Shown: positions 1 to 13,100 of the stretch, piece by piece
Layout of the letters: every line of letters starts with the position of its first letter
Numbering within the stretch: position 1 is the stretch's first letter
Assembly: GCA_051362555.1 (NCBI GenBank)
Contig: CM120649.1
Location: forward strand, 4,650,001-4,714,000
DNA length: 64,000 nt
Reading direction: 5' to 3'
From: Lingula anatina
Lineage: Eukaryota > Animalia > Brachiopoda
Position numbers and translations under genes: made by a program
Notes under the pieces: model-generated
Database searches by the model: none
Seen by the model: the letters and a program-made list of their open reading frames with translations, nothing else
Told to the model about the DNA's origin: nothing

Positions 1-1204
1 TAAAATGGTTCGAAACTACAATAACAGAATAAAAATAAATAATAGCTCCGGGCTTCACAGCATTGTGTGCTAGTTTTCAAGAAATGTATTTTTTTTTTTT
101 TTTGACGCGTTAATAAGGATTATTTTCGCCTGTGTTGGTTTTTATAAGCAATCATTAAACCAGCGTTTGACATTCTTGTGCATAACAGTGACGTGTCACT
201 GTATTTCAGTCAATAAAGCATCCACGTGCAGTTAACAAATACTGAGCACTCACGTTTTTTACTATCTTCACAACGCAAACATATATTCAAAATAAATATG
301 CTGCAAACGATGCCTTGATGTTTATATTTGATCTTGCGTTGTGAATGACAAAGGGAAGCACACTTCCCTCTCACATTGCATATGTTCAAAGGCGTGGATA
401 ACATGAGACTTTATACTGGCATATGGGTGAATGCCAAGTTGCTTACACCGAACCCTATATCATCAAAAGTACCTACATTATTTTTGATATACCGGGTGTA
501 CCAACGGGCCGAAGGCAGGGAAAAATGATTAGGGTGGGAATGGAAAGGTGTGTAGAGGGGGAAAACGTTGAAGGTCTAGACTGAACATGTGAGCAGGTTA
601 TTTTCACCGTCTCTGACCATCATGGTCACAACTTCTGATGGTCTGAAAGGAAGGAAAAGGCTAATACTTTTTGAAGACCCCCTCCTCCTCTCCAACAAAG
701 AATTACTGCCCTGTGCCAGTTATATGACGTTAATTAATGTTACAGAATGAAACTTCACCCTGAAAAACAAAGTTGATCGTTCATTTCTCCCTGTTATTTG
801 AAGTTAGTCCATGCCGCTTTTACACACCTTATTTTGTTTTATTTTCACATATATTTTTCAACATTTATTTACATATATAATCACATGGACACTAAACGGA
901 CTCTACAGAATGCCCGGACTCTGAGTTATCAAATACTGACCTGTACTCCTTATACACGGAATGCATTACCCTATACATATACAGCTGTTCTTCTTGCCAA
1001 TGGCATTGAGTCTTTATTCTAGACCCATCTGATTTCTTTTGCCTTGAGCACTATGGTCACGCTCAAAATTCATTATGCAATGACAAATAATGCTGCATTT
1101 TGTATTTTACTAAATAGACAAGAAGTGATCTAGTCGTATACAGTGATGCTATCTTGAAAGTCGTTTTAAAAATGGTAAAATTGTACAATGTCTGTATCCG
1201 TACG

Positions 1205-3862
1205 TTAAAAGCGGTATTTGGCCGGTATGTTGGCTAGAAACTCTTCTTCCTCTGGCGTGTTCGCCCTGCCCAGTGCAGCGTTCCTATGCGGATAGCGTCC
1301 AAACTGGTCTATTAACTCCTGCAATGAGAACCGCGCAGTGCCAACAAATTATATGAGGTCATCTTTGATTAATGTACTCTTTGTATATAAAACATCGCGT
1401 ACCATTTTGATATCTACATATTGAATGATAATAACACATTCGTCAATCAAGATCAATGGCGGATATGGGGGGATGAGGTTAACAGCAGGGACATGGCCCC
1501 TTTGATACAGAGAAACCACTTCTACATCGTCGGAATGAAAAAAAAAGAAACAAAAAAGGAAAAAAAAAAGAAGCAAAGATATATCAATTGGTAATCTAAT
1601 TCTGGAGATCGACTCACTATGTAAATGAACATGCTTTTTAAACGCGTTTAACTCATCCTGACTGTCAAATGTCACTGAACATTCTATTTGCCGTCAGTGG
1701 ATATTCACAACAACTTCTAAACCTCAGGGTGCATTTCACTTACCTTGTGGACGATTGCATATTTCAAACAAGCGGCCGCAATCCATTCATTTTCTGTGCC
1801 TTTGTAGTCTTCGACGAACTCCTCGTAGAGTTTTACAGATAATTCCTAAATGTAATGTACAGGTGGTCATTTAACATTCACTTATATAAAAGAAAATGTA
1901 AAGTAAAAACCATGATCAAGCAGATATATGTTGAAGGAACGTGTATTGTAAGTGTATATCAATCTCACAAACCATACTGTCCACAACAACACGGTGATGA
2001 AAAACAACGAATCAACTAGTAAGTAAATAGGTCTGGTGTGGGAGCATGCGAGGCACCCTACACTGGAAAACACACACACACACATACATATACATACGTG
2101 CGCGCACGCACACACCCACATCATGAACTTTGTGATACCTGCGATTCCTTATTTTCATGATGTTCTAAGGGTAGATAGAAAAACTGCTTCTCTGCAAAAC
2201 TTCTGTCTTTGTGATTCCACTTTGCGTTGGGACCAATAAACTGAAAAGGTTATTTCAAAAAGAGGCTATAAGGTCCTAAAGGACGATCGTTTTTAATATA
2301 AAGAACTTTATACTTTCTTTATGTCAACATTAATGGTCTCTTTATTCTTAAGACCTACGCTGCCTTTTAGGACGGCGTGATGCGGGATAAATTAAATGAG
2401 TGATTCTGAGGTATACATTTCTTTTTGTCACACCAAGGAGTTATAACTCCCTGGTCACACTAACATGTATTTATTCTCTTTCAAGATTGAATTCAATTAA
2501 AATTAAGTTTGTCAGTATCATCGACCAGTACCATTATCACCTCATGGATCGAGCAAAAAAAAAAAAAAAAAGAAAATAGCAATAACTCACAATTAGGGTC
2601 AGCAAAGATAAAACTAGGTAAGAATTCGCCACGCTGCCTTTAACAATAAAATGAATCCTCACTATAAATCCTCACTACACATCCTCAATCCTCCTACAAC
2701 CCACTACAACATCCTGACGAGGTGGGGGATTAGTTTTGAGGGAGAACATCAATTGTGTCACTCCCGGTCACTGTTCATCATGTCAGTTGCAATCTTGGTT
2801 TCATGAAATTATGGCCTTGTGTAAATCAAGGGGGGGGGGGGGGGGGTAATTTCTTGTGTGTATTTACGTGTGTGTGCGTTGATGTATGTGTTACTGTATG
2901 TGCATGTTTGTGTTTATATATGTATGTGTGTGTGTGTGTGTGCGTGCGTGTGCTATGCATGGTTATCATATTACCATTTTCGCGATGCGCAGTGCTCTTG
3001 CTTCTCCTGCAAATGCTTTGGCAGTACCCTAAAATGACATAAATTATTTTAAAACTGTCTGTGCTTAAACAGTGTGAATGTGATTTGTCCTTTTTTGTTC
3101 TTTACTGCCTGAAAATCTGAATATCGATCTAATCATGAAATCTATATTATTTTTGTGCAGGTGTAATAAGAAGTTGCTGAAATTATAGTAAAAGCGATAT
3201 TTTGAAATAAATACAGCATTTAAGCAAAAATGACGATATTTTTAATACTTATCCATTCATTAACTTGCCTCAAAAGTTTTTTTTAAGTGTAGACCACCAA
3301 AGAATTGTGTACAGCATAATGCTTGCTATACGGGTGTGGAGATGTTTGCATGTATGCACGTGCGCCGATGCGTGTACTTGTGCTCTGTCTACATGCGCTT
3401 GTATGCGATTCCCTACATTTATGTTGCATACCTTGAACAATGTTCTAGGAAACTGATCCAGTAGAACCAGCAACGCAAAAGCTCCATCGGGATCGTCCTC
3501 CCAGTCCAGGAGTTCGTTGTTTAAGGCCTTTTCCACCTTAAGTTTAAGTTTAAGACAAAAGTTATTACAACAAAAATAATAAAAATGCAAAATGTCTTTA
3601 ACGCAATATGCCATTTTCATGTCTGATAACGATGGAGATTATAAAGTACAGCGCTCCATCAACCATCAATTATTTGATAGAATCAAATATAAAAATATTG
3701 ACGGGTGTCACAGAAAAATGCCTTCCTTACCAAGTCAGAGAACTTCGTTCTAATTTCCTCATCCACGCTAGGAGGCGCTCCAAACCACTTGTTTTTCATG
3801 TTAAAGCCGGCGTCGCCATCACACCAGTACGAGATCACTTCCGTCCATGTGGTACACGCCAT
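1205..3862 (-). CDS. DUF924-family protein, 6 coding exons, ~202 aa
   Basis: Exons 3862-3731, 3536-3432, 3028-2975, 2240-2139, 1845-1744 and 1318-1205, all GT-AG and all phase 0. Translation: [121 protein letters not shown]. It contains the DUF924 motifs LDQFPR, FYLPLEH and FGRxPHRN..GR. Confidence 0.9.
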
Positions 3863-4674
3863 TACAGCAGAGTTACGTGGTGACCTTCAATTTCGACAAA
3901 CCGTAATCTGGAATCGAGATTTGCTGATATCACTGTAAACTTGACTAAATGAGATGGTAATGTGAAGGTTAACGAGGATCGTTCGTTTCTGCTCTACACA
4001 AATACACCCGTTGCGCATAGATTTAATTAACTACTACTAAGTATAGCTTCAGCGAGCTAAAATACATAAATAAACATGGGACCCAATAATATGATAATGA
4101 TCAATAATTGAGACAGGTAACTGAGACAATATTACATGCATATTTTTGTACATAAACAACTAGTGTACGAAGCATTATTATGCAGGTATATAATGTAGTA
4201 AAAAATGCAAATACAAAGAATGTCAAGTCGTGCAATAATAAAGGCAACCACTGAGCACGCATTGACCTTTGACATGGCTTCCACAACATTAAAACATATA
4301 TGCACAAAACCTGTATGCACTGTCAATAGACCATGTCTAGTATTACCTTCCTCAACCAATCAACACATACACCTTATGTGGCCTTAAATAGCAAGGAATT
4401 ACAAGTGTGCATCCATGCAAAATCGCACAAAGTATTGATTTTCAGGATTTTGTCTGAGCTGTCTTGTGATAAAGTGCACCTTCCGGCAGCTCAACGTGAA
4501 ATGAGAAACGCCTGAAACGTGTCCAAGTATTGAATATGCTGATGTTAGTAAAAGCAGGGACTGTTGTACATGTAGCACCAACGTGCATTTCTCCAGCAGT
4601 CATATCACTGCACTGTCAATGGTGGTTTTCAAAATATTCAGTTCTAACTGTGGACCAGTCACTCCACCCCCAAA

Positions 4675-4757
4675 ACACACACACACACACACACAAATAC
4701 ACACTCCCACACACACACACACCCAGAGAGAGAGAGAGAGAGAGTGAGAGAGAGAGA
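4675..4757. repeat. Microsatellites (CA)n/(GA)n; others at ~23495 (GATA), 26895 (AAT), 28968 (GA), 31327 (TC), 32582 (CA), 45561 (GT), 47440, 48846 and 52163 (CA), 60012 (TA)
   Basis: Simple repeats directly visible in the sequence. Confidence 0.95.
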
Positions 4758-5902
4758 CCCTAACAATTAACTCACCTCAGTGTTGGGTCGAACTCGTGCT
4801 TTTGACCTAATCGACTTTCTCTTAACTGCCCAACACCGTCAACAGGTCATATTAAGGCAGGTCAAGCTCGACTCACTGTGCTGAATGTGCTATACGCACT
4901 AATACACACAGCATGCAGTGTATTTTAAGAGCTGTGATGAAAGAGGAACTGTTTGCAGTCGGTACGTAATATCAACCTAAGTGACTGTTGGATAACAGAA
5001 ATCGATAACAATGCAGGGCGTGCAGCATGAACAAAAAGACCGGTATTCGCTGCCCTGCAATGGCGATATTAGCTTGATACTTATATGCTAGCTTTCCCTT
5101 TATGCTTGCATGCCGTTCTTTTAAGGTGATGACAAATATGCAATGTGACTGCGGATGTGAAAATGAATAGCTTGTGGAAAAGTGCACGTGAGAGCACTCC
5201 CCGTAAAATCATGGCACTAGCGTTAAAGTCTGCGACGACGGACGCTCTAGAAAGTTTTGGGAGGATAATTAATCGACTAGGCTAAAAACTGAATACACAT
5301 AGAAAGAAAGATTTTTTGTCTTATAAACAATCTCGTCTCAAGGTCAATGCCTGTATGTGAGGAGGCATTTCGCATTTTAGCAGTTAAGATTACAAATACT
5401 TTCTCTCGCACTCAAAGTATAGGTCGTATTCAAATACCGAAAAGTATAGGCCTATTTGGTTAAATCTTTGGAGAAAATCCATACTTTTCGGTAGCACGAA
5501 ATATGATCTTATTTAAACACTTAAACTTCATTCACATTTATTGGCTGAATCGAATGCAAACAATGTTTTCGTGTATTCTAATCTGCTGCTTATTTAGTTG
5601 CGAAATAGCTACATAAATATTAGGAATCAGCAGATACAGTTAAATCTAAAAAAAAATAAAACAATACAAATAATTTAAACACGAAGTAGATATACAACAT
5701 ATAAAATATGTGTGGAATATCAATGCATTTTGAAATAGGCGGGAGTACTGGAGTTCACCGTGAATGAAAATATGGCTATATTCCGTACGTACAATGCTGT
5801 TGCTGTGATGTCCTTAGGGACTGCCATTGCTACAGGTGAGAGCCGCTGCTGCTTTACGAACGAACTCCCGACAAAAATGGTCCCAAGGTAGCATTCAGAA
5901 CA

Positions 5903-6036
5903 GTGGAAAAACTAGTCCGAGGGCCAAATATGGCACCCACTGAAAAGTCTAATCCGTTAAAAGACAATGAATGGATTCCCCGTGGGGAAGTATTCAAGTG
6001 GGTTAGCCATATTTGACCTCGGACTAGTTAGTCCAC
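5903..6036. repeat. ~130-bp palindromic MITE-like element; related copy at ~28510-28625
   Basis: ACTAGTCCGAGGGCCAAATATGGC..CCCAC is mirrored by GTGGG..GCCATATTTGACCTCGGACTAGT. The core ATTCCCCGTGGGGA is shared with the copy at ~28566. Confidence 0.6.
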
Positions 6037-6763
6037 GTTTCCAAAGCAGTATCGATCTACGAAGATCGATCCTACTCTGCAGGAACTCTTGCTGAGCGCA
6101 ATCAGCTTAATTACTGAATGGCGCGCCTTCTTGGTCCACCGTGACAAAGTTAGATTGTAAAGCTATCTTAAAGGCTTAATGTCAACACTCTTCCAGTGAA
6201 ATATTTAGTTTAAACAATTAAATAAAACCAAACACTTTACAACAAAGTTATTATCGTAGACTGTCCTAGAGTGCCTCGGAAACCTTTTTTTTGAAAATGA
6301 TATAATACTTCTGCGAGTTTGTGTATTTATCAGTTTTCAGCAAAAACAAGAAAATAAAAATGAATAAAAAATTTAATAAAATAAATAATAAAATAAACAA
6401 TTTTAAAGTATTTTGTAGATATACAGACACTCAGTATTTATTATAAAAATAAGATAACATTCTGAGTAAGACGATCTCATCGCAGGATCGCCAATATTTG
6501 TCGTTTATAGTTAATTACAAGCCAGCAACCCAATGTGGAAAATTATGCGCTTACCCAAATCGTCTCTATCGTATGTTGGAAATCACTGAATATTGGCAGC
6601 TGTTGTCTACAGTTGTCTATATGACAAAAATGTACAGTATTACATTGCAGGTACAACACGCACCAGGTCAGATCACCAAGGACACGAGTTGAACATGAAA
6701 AATGACCACAATATTTAGTATAATTTAACAATTACAGACGGTAAATCTAGACTTTATTACAAG

Positions 6764-6962
6764 GGGCTCATTCCCAATGCAACAATCGTGCTACGTAGAT
6801 CGATACAATTCCGAGAGATATCTCGCTCAATGCAATGAGATTAAGAGATTAACACGCCTCCTACTGGCGTTGTATAGAATAAAGAAAAAATGTGATTATG
6901 CGAGAGTACCAGCGGCGTTGGATTACTCTACGTAGACCAATGGTTTCTTTGGGAATGAGTCC
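6764..6962. mobile_element. Short palindromic MITE family (GGG..CATTC termini); further copies at ~18876-19128, ~41178-41399 and ~54828-55066, partial copies at ~6050-6140 and ~46465-46570
   Basis: Inverted ends GGGCTCATTCCCA/TGGGAATGAGTCC. The internal motifs AGATCGAT, CTCTGC(A/G)GG and GCAATCAGCTTAA recur among the copies. Confidence 0.65.
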
Positions 6963-7148
6963 ATAGAGCAAGAACTGTCTTTTTATGTTCAATGCAAAGC
7001 ACAAACGTACGGTTTTGAAGTTTAACGCTCCGGTTCATTTGCGAAAAGTCATCCACTAGAAAATGCTATGAGTTTAATTTGTTCAGTTTGTGAGACCCGT
7101 AAGATTTGTAAATTCGTTAGAAGGTAGTCTGGTCTATTTCAAATAACA

Positions 7149-10100
7149 TCAAGCTTGCTCATCGTCTTTTTCATCTTTGCTTTTCTTCTTTTTCTTCTTT
7201 TTCTTGTGTGTCTTCTCAGAAGGCTGTCCATCCCCAGCCCCGTCTTCTATCTCCATATGCGTATCGCCCGGCACAACAAGGCGCGTCAAAGAAGAGTCCA
7301 ACATCTCCTCTTCGTCATTTGCATCGGCGTCATTGTCTTTGCTCTTTTTCTTCTTCTTCTTCTTTTTCTTCTTTTTGCCCTCACCGTCGTCCTCGTCGCC
7401 GGCTATTTCGTCAATCTGCTCAATCACATCATTAGCCAGCATGATGCTTTTTGCCGCCTCTTTCAGTTTCGTTTTGTCCTTTTTGGATTTCTTGCGTGGT
7501 TTTACTTCGTCGGTCGTCTCGATATGGGCCAACTGCGTGTCGCCTTGCTGTAAAACATCTGCCAAACCATCAGCACCGCCATTTGCAGTCTGGCTTTCAC
7601 CAGTTGAGCCATCATTTTTCTGGGACAAGGCTAATGGAGGTGGATCGTTTGGTGTGATGCCGCCAGGAGTGTTGTTTGCGCATGCGCCAATCCCTGTTGT
7701 GGACATGGCAGAATTGCGGTTGACGTCCTGGTGCATATTTGCTAATTCTTCCGAAACTAAGAGTTCATTGTGAGATTTTTCTAACAGATCCTCTTCTGTG
7801 CCCTTGGTTTGAGGCGTAGACGATTGCATCAAATTTGGTTCTTCCAAAATGGTCTGCAGTTCTTGCTCTAACTTGTGTATGTGCATCCGACATTCGACGA
7901 ATTTTTCGCCGATTTTGTCAATCTTTTGGCGATGATTTTTCAACCGTATTTCTTCAATTGTTCTCTTCCATTTTTCTCGTGTAGTTTCATCTTTGTTATA
8001 TGTATGAAATACCCGTAAGAACTTTTCTTCCATCTGCAAAGACGAAAATCAATGTAACAATTTTTTTATACATAAATGCAGTGTAGGTGGACCTCACCCG
8101 TATTGAAGCATTCCACTACCATATGTCATTTCACTTTTTCTCTGTATCACATTAATTTCACTTTTTTCTCTGTATCACATTAATAGAACTACACGTTTGG
8201 TAAATCCCTTAATCGCACTGCCTTTTTATCTTTCACAAATTAAAAAAAAACGCCAAAATGATCCTAATCCTTTTTAAAATACACTAAAAATGTAACAATT
8301 TATAGAAATAGCCAACTTACCAAACAGGCTAAACTATTGGCCGTTGCCAGTTTCCTTGCTCTTCGTCCTTTCTGTACAGAAAGCTTCTGGTTGTTTGCCT
8401 TAACCAACAATGCCCTTCCTTCCTCACTCTTGACAATCAGCGGGTCCTTCTTTCTTTCTTGGTCTTCCTGTTTGACCGGTTCTTCAGCCAAAGTGATGAC
8501 CACTTGTGGTGCTTTTGCCGATGACTTCGCTGAGTTTGATCCTATGTATATAGAAACAACAAGTTATTCGTGATAACGTACATGGCCACGTATTTACCGC
8601 CTCTTTTTCGCAAATCAAAACACAATCTGAGCAATTTAATTTAAAAAAGGGTATAAAACGGAAAAGCTGCTTCTAATTATATTCATCTCACTAAAGAAGT
8701 TTGTCACATCTGCGAAAATAAGTTAATGTAAAATGTAATTTGCCAGGTTTTTTCTCTCTTTCTTTCTTCTTTTTCTTTTGCAATTGATAATGTTTTGAAG
8801 AAATAACACTTATGTGGATAAATAGATATAAACAAATAAACAGAGAAAGACAGAAAGACATGCGGAGTTCGACGGAACAAACACAAGAATAAACATATAA
8901 TTAAAAAAAAATTGACAAACACCTTCGTTCTGAGTTGGTTCACCAAGAGCAGACTTGTCCTTTCTTTGAAATATGGCCTTAATCCAGGCGTCCATTTTAG
9001 ACCACACGTGTTCTGCCAACTCTTCATCGTAATCCTGGAGCTCTTCATTCCCCTTCACCTCCGTTAGTCCATCGTTTATTATAGATATAAACATATTCAG
9101 GATGATAAAGTTCATGGTCATGGTGAAAGCTGTGAAGAATATGCTGACAAGAAGGCTCTCTGATGTGATAATATTGGAGTACTTTAACACTCCGAGCATG
9201 ACGCCAAAAAGATTAAACATGGCGTAGGGAAGTGCCCGAAACGCAGCGATCACCTGACCGGCTATCAACTGCAGAGCCTGTGCATAGGAGAAGAGTAAAA
9301 TCCCAAATATGACCATATACGTGGTCACAGCGATAAACGCTCGGATCAGAGCGGACTGGACTATGGCAAGGTGCTTGTTGAAGGTCAAAGGTCGGAATAA
9401 CTGAAGGGTGGCCAGGAAAAGATCAATGGCGATGATCACAGTGTAGGCGTTGTCCCAGTTGGCGACAAGATCGAAACCAACAAAATGGCCTGAAAATTAG
9501 GGTTACGTACGTGTTAGTAACACCCATATTTCATTTCATCGAAGAACTCGTAAAAGAGATTTGAGCCAGTTCTCGTTCTGTAAGTATTTTAAAATATAAG
9601 AGTCAACTAAAATGAAATATATTCAAAATAATATTCCCATTAATTGCCACCCCTTACCTCCATTGTTCTTCACGTCTTCGACCGACCTGATGGTGTACAC
9701 GGTTCTGAGGACGAAACACACCATGCTGGTGATAGCCAAACACAGATCCCCCAGTTCTATGAAGTGCCACAGTTGTTGGCAATACTTCTTCTTTAACTTC
9801 ACCATCTTCACCACCTCCATCCCCAGAAGAACGAACACAAGCACCGCCCAGATGACTTGGACCAGGAGCAACACAAAGTCGAATGGATCAACATATGGGT
9901 AAGGCCGAAAACTGACCAGTTCTTTCTTGATGAATATCCCGCCAACAGCAGGTAGTTCCACGATGATTCGGACCATGGAGAAGACGTTCACATTGGCGTT
10001 GTTAACGGTGAACTCCACTATCACGGCTCTGGTCAAACGGTCAATCCAGTTGAGATCTTTCAGGCTTGTTAGAATATGTACGCTGTCGTTTGCTGAGCTG

Positions 10101-13100
10101 ACCTCGACCATATAACCGCCCCCCTCGTAGTGGTCAACCTGGCCGTAGACAGTCTGGTCGTTTGGGCCGTTGGGAGGAGAGAACATGAACGCCTGGGCCA
10201 GCTGTGAGGTGCTGTTTGAAGACGTGGTTACCCAACCTGGAAACAATGCCCAGTAATAAGTTATCACTTGAGACAGATTTTTCGTTGGGGTAAATATCAG
10301 TGTGTGTTTGTGTGAATGCGAGTGCACGCAGGTGCGCGTGTACGTGGGTGTTCGTTTGAAATGTTGAAAATTTACAAGTTCATGCACTTTGCTTACTGTC
10401 AGAATAAAAAAGCAAATGTCTCAGGCCTAACCAACTAACAGACTCGGCACCTAAGGATCCTGAATTAACCGGTATATCGGACCACACTACCCGTTTTCAA
10501 GGTGTGTGTCAGATCGCATTTCGGAGTATCAGTCAGAACACCGACAGGATGAGCCCACGCTCGGATGTCACCTTGATTGTATAGTAAACGATTGTAGTAT
10601 TTAATCGCTATATGATTTTAAAACCGGGTGCATAAATTTGAAAGCCACCTAGATGAACCTTAGACTGCCACATTAATCTAATACAATGCAAAAAAGCCCT
10701 ATCAAAAGTGGTTGAAACATTCAAACCGAATGTCGTAAAGTCCCCATACACCCCCATAGAGACAATGAAATAGAGTACTCTAAACTAAGAGTACTGTTTA
10801 AGGTTGTTCAGCCGAGCGTGGATGAGCCCGCAGTCGTCCTACAAAATTTGTTCTGGAGTATGATACTCCGAAATGCGATCTGACACACACCTTGAAAACG
10901 GGTAGTGTGGTCCGATAAACCGGTTAATTCAGGATCCTTAGGTGTCGAGTCTGGTAGTTGGGTAGGCCTGTGTCTGCTGGTGCAATGTAATTATAATTGG
11001 ATCTAAAAGTAACAAGTAAATTCAAATACTAAAAGATATACAGTGTGTTGTTTGTGATCGTTTAATTGTGCCATCAGCATTTCAATATAAAAACTAAAAA
11101 TTATTGTTTGAGAAGAGGTGTTTTACATTACTGGTCAAAACTAAAACTACTTACCAGGACCATAGGCGCCTTTATCCATGTCTCCACCACTAATCATAGG
11201 GTTGCAGCCGTTGAGGAACTTGTTCATAGGATCTACGACGTTGCAGGAATCTGTAAGCGGGGCATAATAACTGAGATAAGGTTTTTAATGGATTATTTTT
11301 TATGAAACTGATTTAATGACATTTTTCTCCAAGGGCAAGGGAGTATAAGTTAGTGTTTTGGGATGTACTATTCTTGCGATGTCATATGTATCATACCGAT
11401 GACAATAACAGTAATAAGTTGCAAAATTAAAATGTGCATTTTGCACATATCCGTAGGTTCGTTTCGATGCATTTAGCCAGCTCATCCATATCTGCACTAG
11501 CAAACATGTACATGTAAATATATATTTTTTCAACAGAAAAGTAAAGATAAATTAATTCATCAGAAATAATATTTCGAGTAGATGTGCCACCAACGTTTCT
11601 TTACTGAGCACATACACGCAGTTAGGTACTGACCTTCTTTCACTCGCTGTTGTCGTAAACGCAAAGGTCCTAGTCGCAGCCCCCTCATGTCCCGGATGAA
11701 GGCTAGATCGTCTGCCTCCGTGAACAGGTCGCCATTGTAATTTTCAGTGGGAAACACGGCTGGGAATATGGTGTCATTAAACCAGGAAAAGATGGTTTCT
11801 ATTCGCTGTACCTGATGAGGGTTTAAGGTGCACAATAAATATTAGAGCTTTTTATTGCAAACGATATTATTTTGTTGTTTGTCCTACACTGTACGTTAAT
11901 ATCACTTATATCTCATCCTTAATTTGTACTCTTTTTTGTAACTCCCATTTGTTGTTTCTGTGGAACAAATTTATAACCCAAAATCTACTTACCGCTAGTC
12001 ATTCAATCCCTACAGTTACTTGTTAATTCTTGCAATCATTTTTTTTTATTCAATTCATTACCAGCACATTTTAACTACAAGCTAGCTCTTACTTTGGCAA
12101 AACTCTCATCTGTCAACTCCAAACTGTTCCGCAAGTTGTAATTCTGCCTGAAGAAATTTCTATCTCTGTTGGCAAAGCAAATCAGCACAAGCAGGCACAG
12201 ATATAATAAGTGTATGAATATCTCTCTCAGCTTTCCTGTAAGGCGTTGGTCCCTTCTCCTTGCCTTCTTTCTGGCCCTCATGTCTTCTAAATCGATCACT
12301 TTGTCAGCGACGGGAATGGAGTGCGGTTTTGGAGGGATAACTAAAAAATATACAGAGATAAATTTGAAGTAATTGTCCATAATAACAATAAGGCCACACT
12401 TTTTTAATTTTATGGATGACATCCTGCGCGCGCATGGATTTTCGCCCGTTCTCCAAAAAAAAAAAAAAAAAAAAGAACCCCCCCCCAGCCCCCAACGAAG
12501 TCGGTTGTCGCAAACGTTGTTATTGAATTTGCAAGGAAATGAGCTTTCTGCGCATGCGTATTTTCGCCACGTGGAAATGCGGCCACTTTGCTGTCAAATT
12601 CATCTCTAGGATTACTTTCAAATTACACAACAATAAAAGTCATAAAGAGAACGGGCGCTATCGTTTTGGATTGGTATGCCATTGATATTGGGCATGGAGA
12701 TATCACCTTTTTACAATTGTGCGAAAGGCTGGCGGCGGCCGAAACATTTCTGTGACATTCTGTATAAAGCAGCACATTAATAATAGGTTTTCTGTAGCGA
12801 AAAAAGGGTCGACAAGGGCGTCGAGGTATTTGGTGGGCTGAAGGTCGGACAGGCCACCTGACAGTTTAGCTGCTTCGTGTGAGTTGAAGTTGATAAAATG
12901 GCATCGTCTGAAATGACCTTTAATAGATTTGGTAGTATTAAGCATATCTTTGCATCATTTTTTAAACATTTCTGTGAAGTGTTCAAAATGTTTAAATATT
13001 CTGAGAATACAAATAAAGACACACTGTTTGATTGATATTTGTCTTATTGATTGCTATACCAAATGAATGCATGAAATAACCTCAAATAGATTTGGTAATA

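Noticed and set aside
4770-4830. GTTCGA B-box-like motif on the - strand suggesting a tRNA
   Set aside because: No cloverleaf can be formed; it may be a UTR exon end (CTGAG|GTGAGT) or a SINE relic.
7155-7773. Long + strand ORFs rich in Phe/Ser/Leu
   Set aside because: Antisense shadows of the Lys/Asp/Glu-rich last exon of PKD1L.
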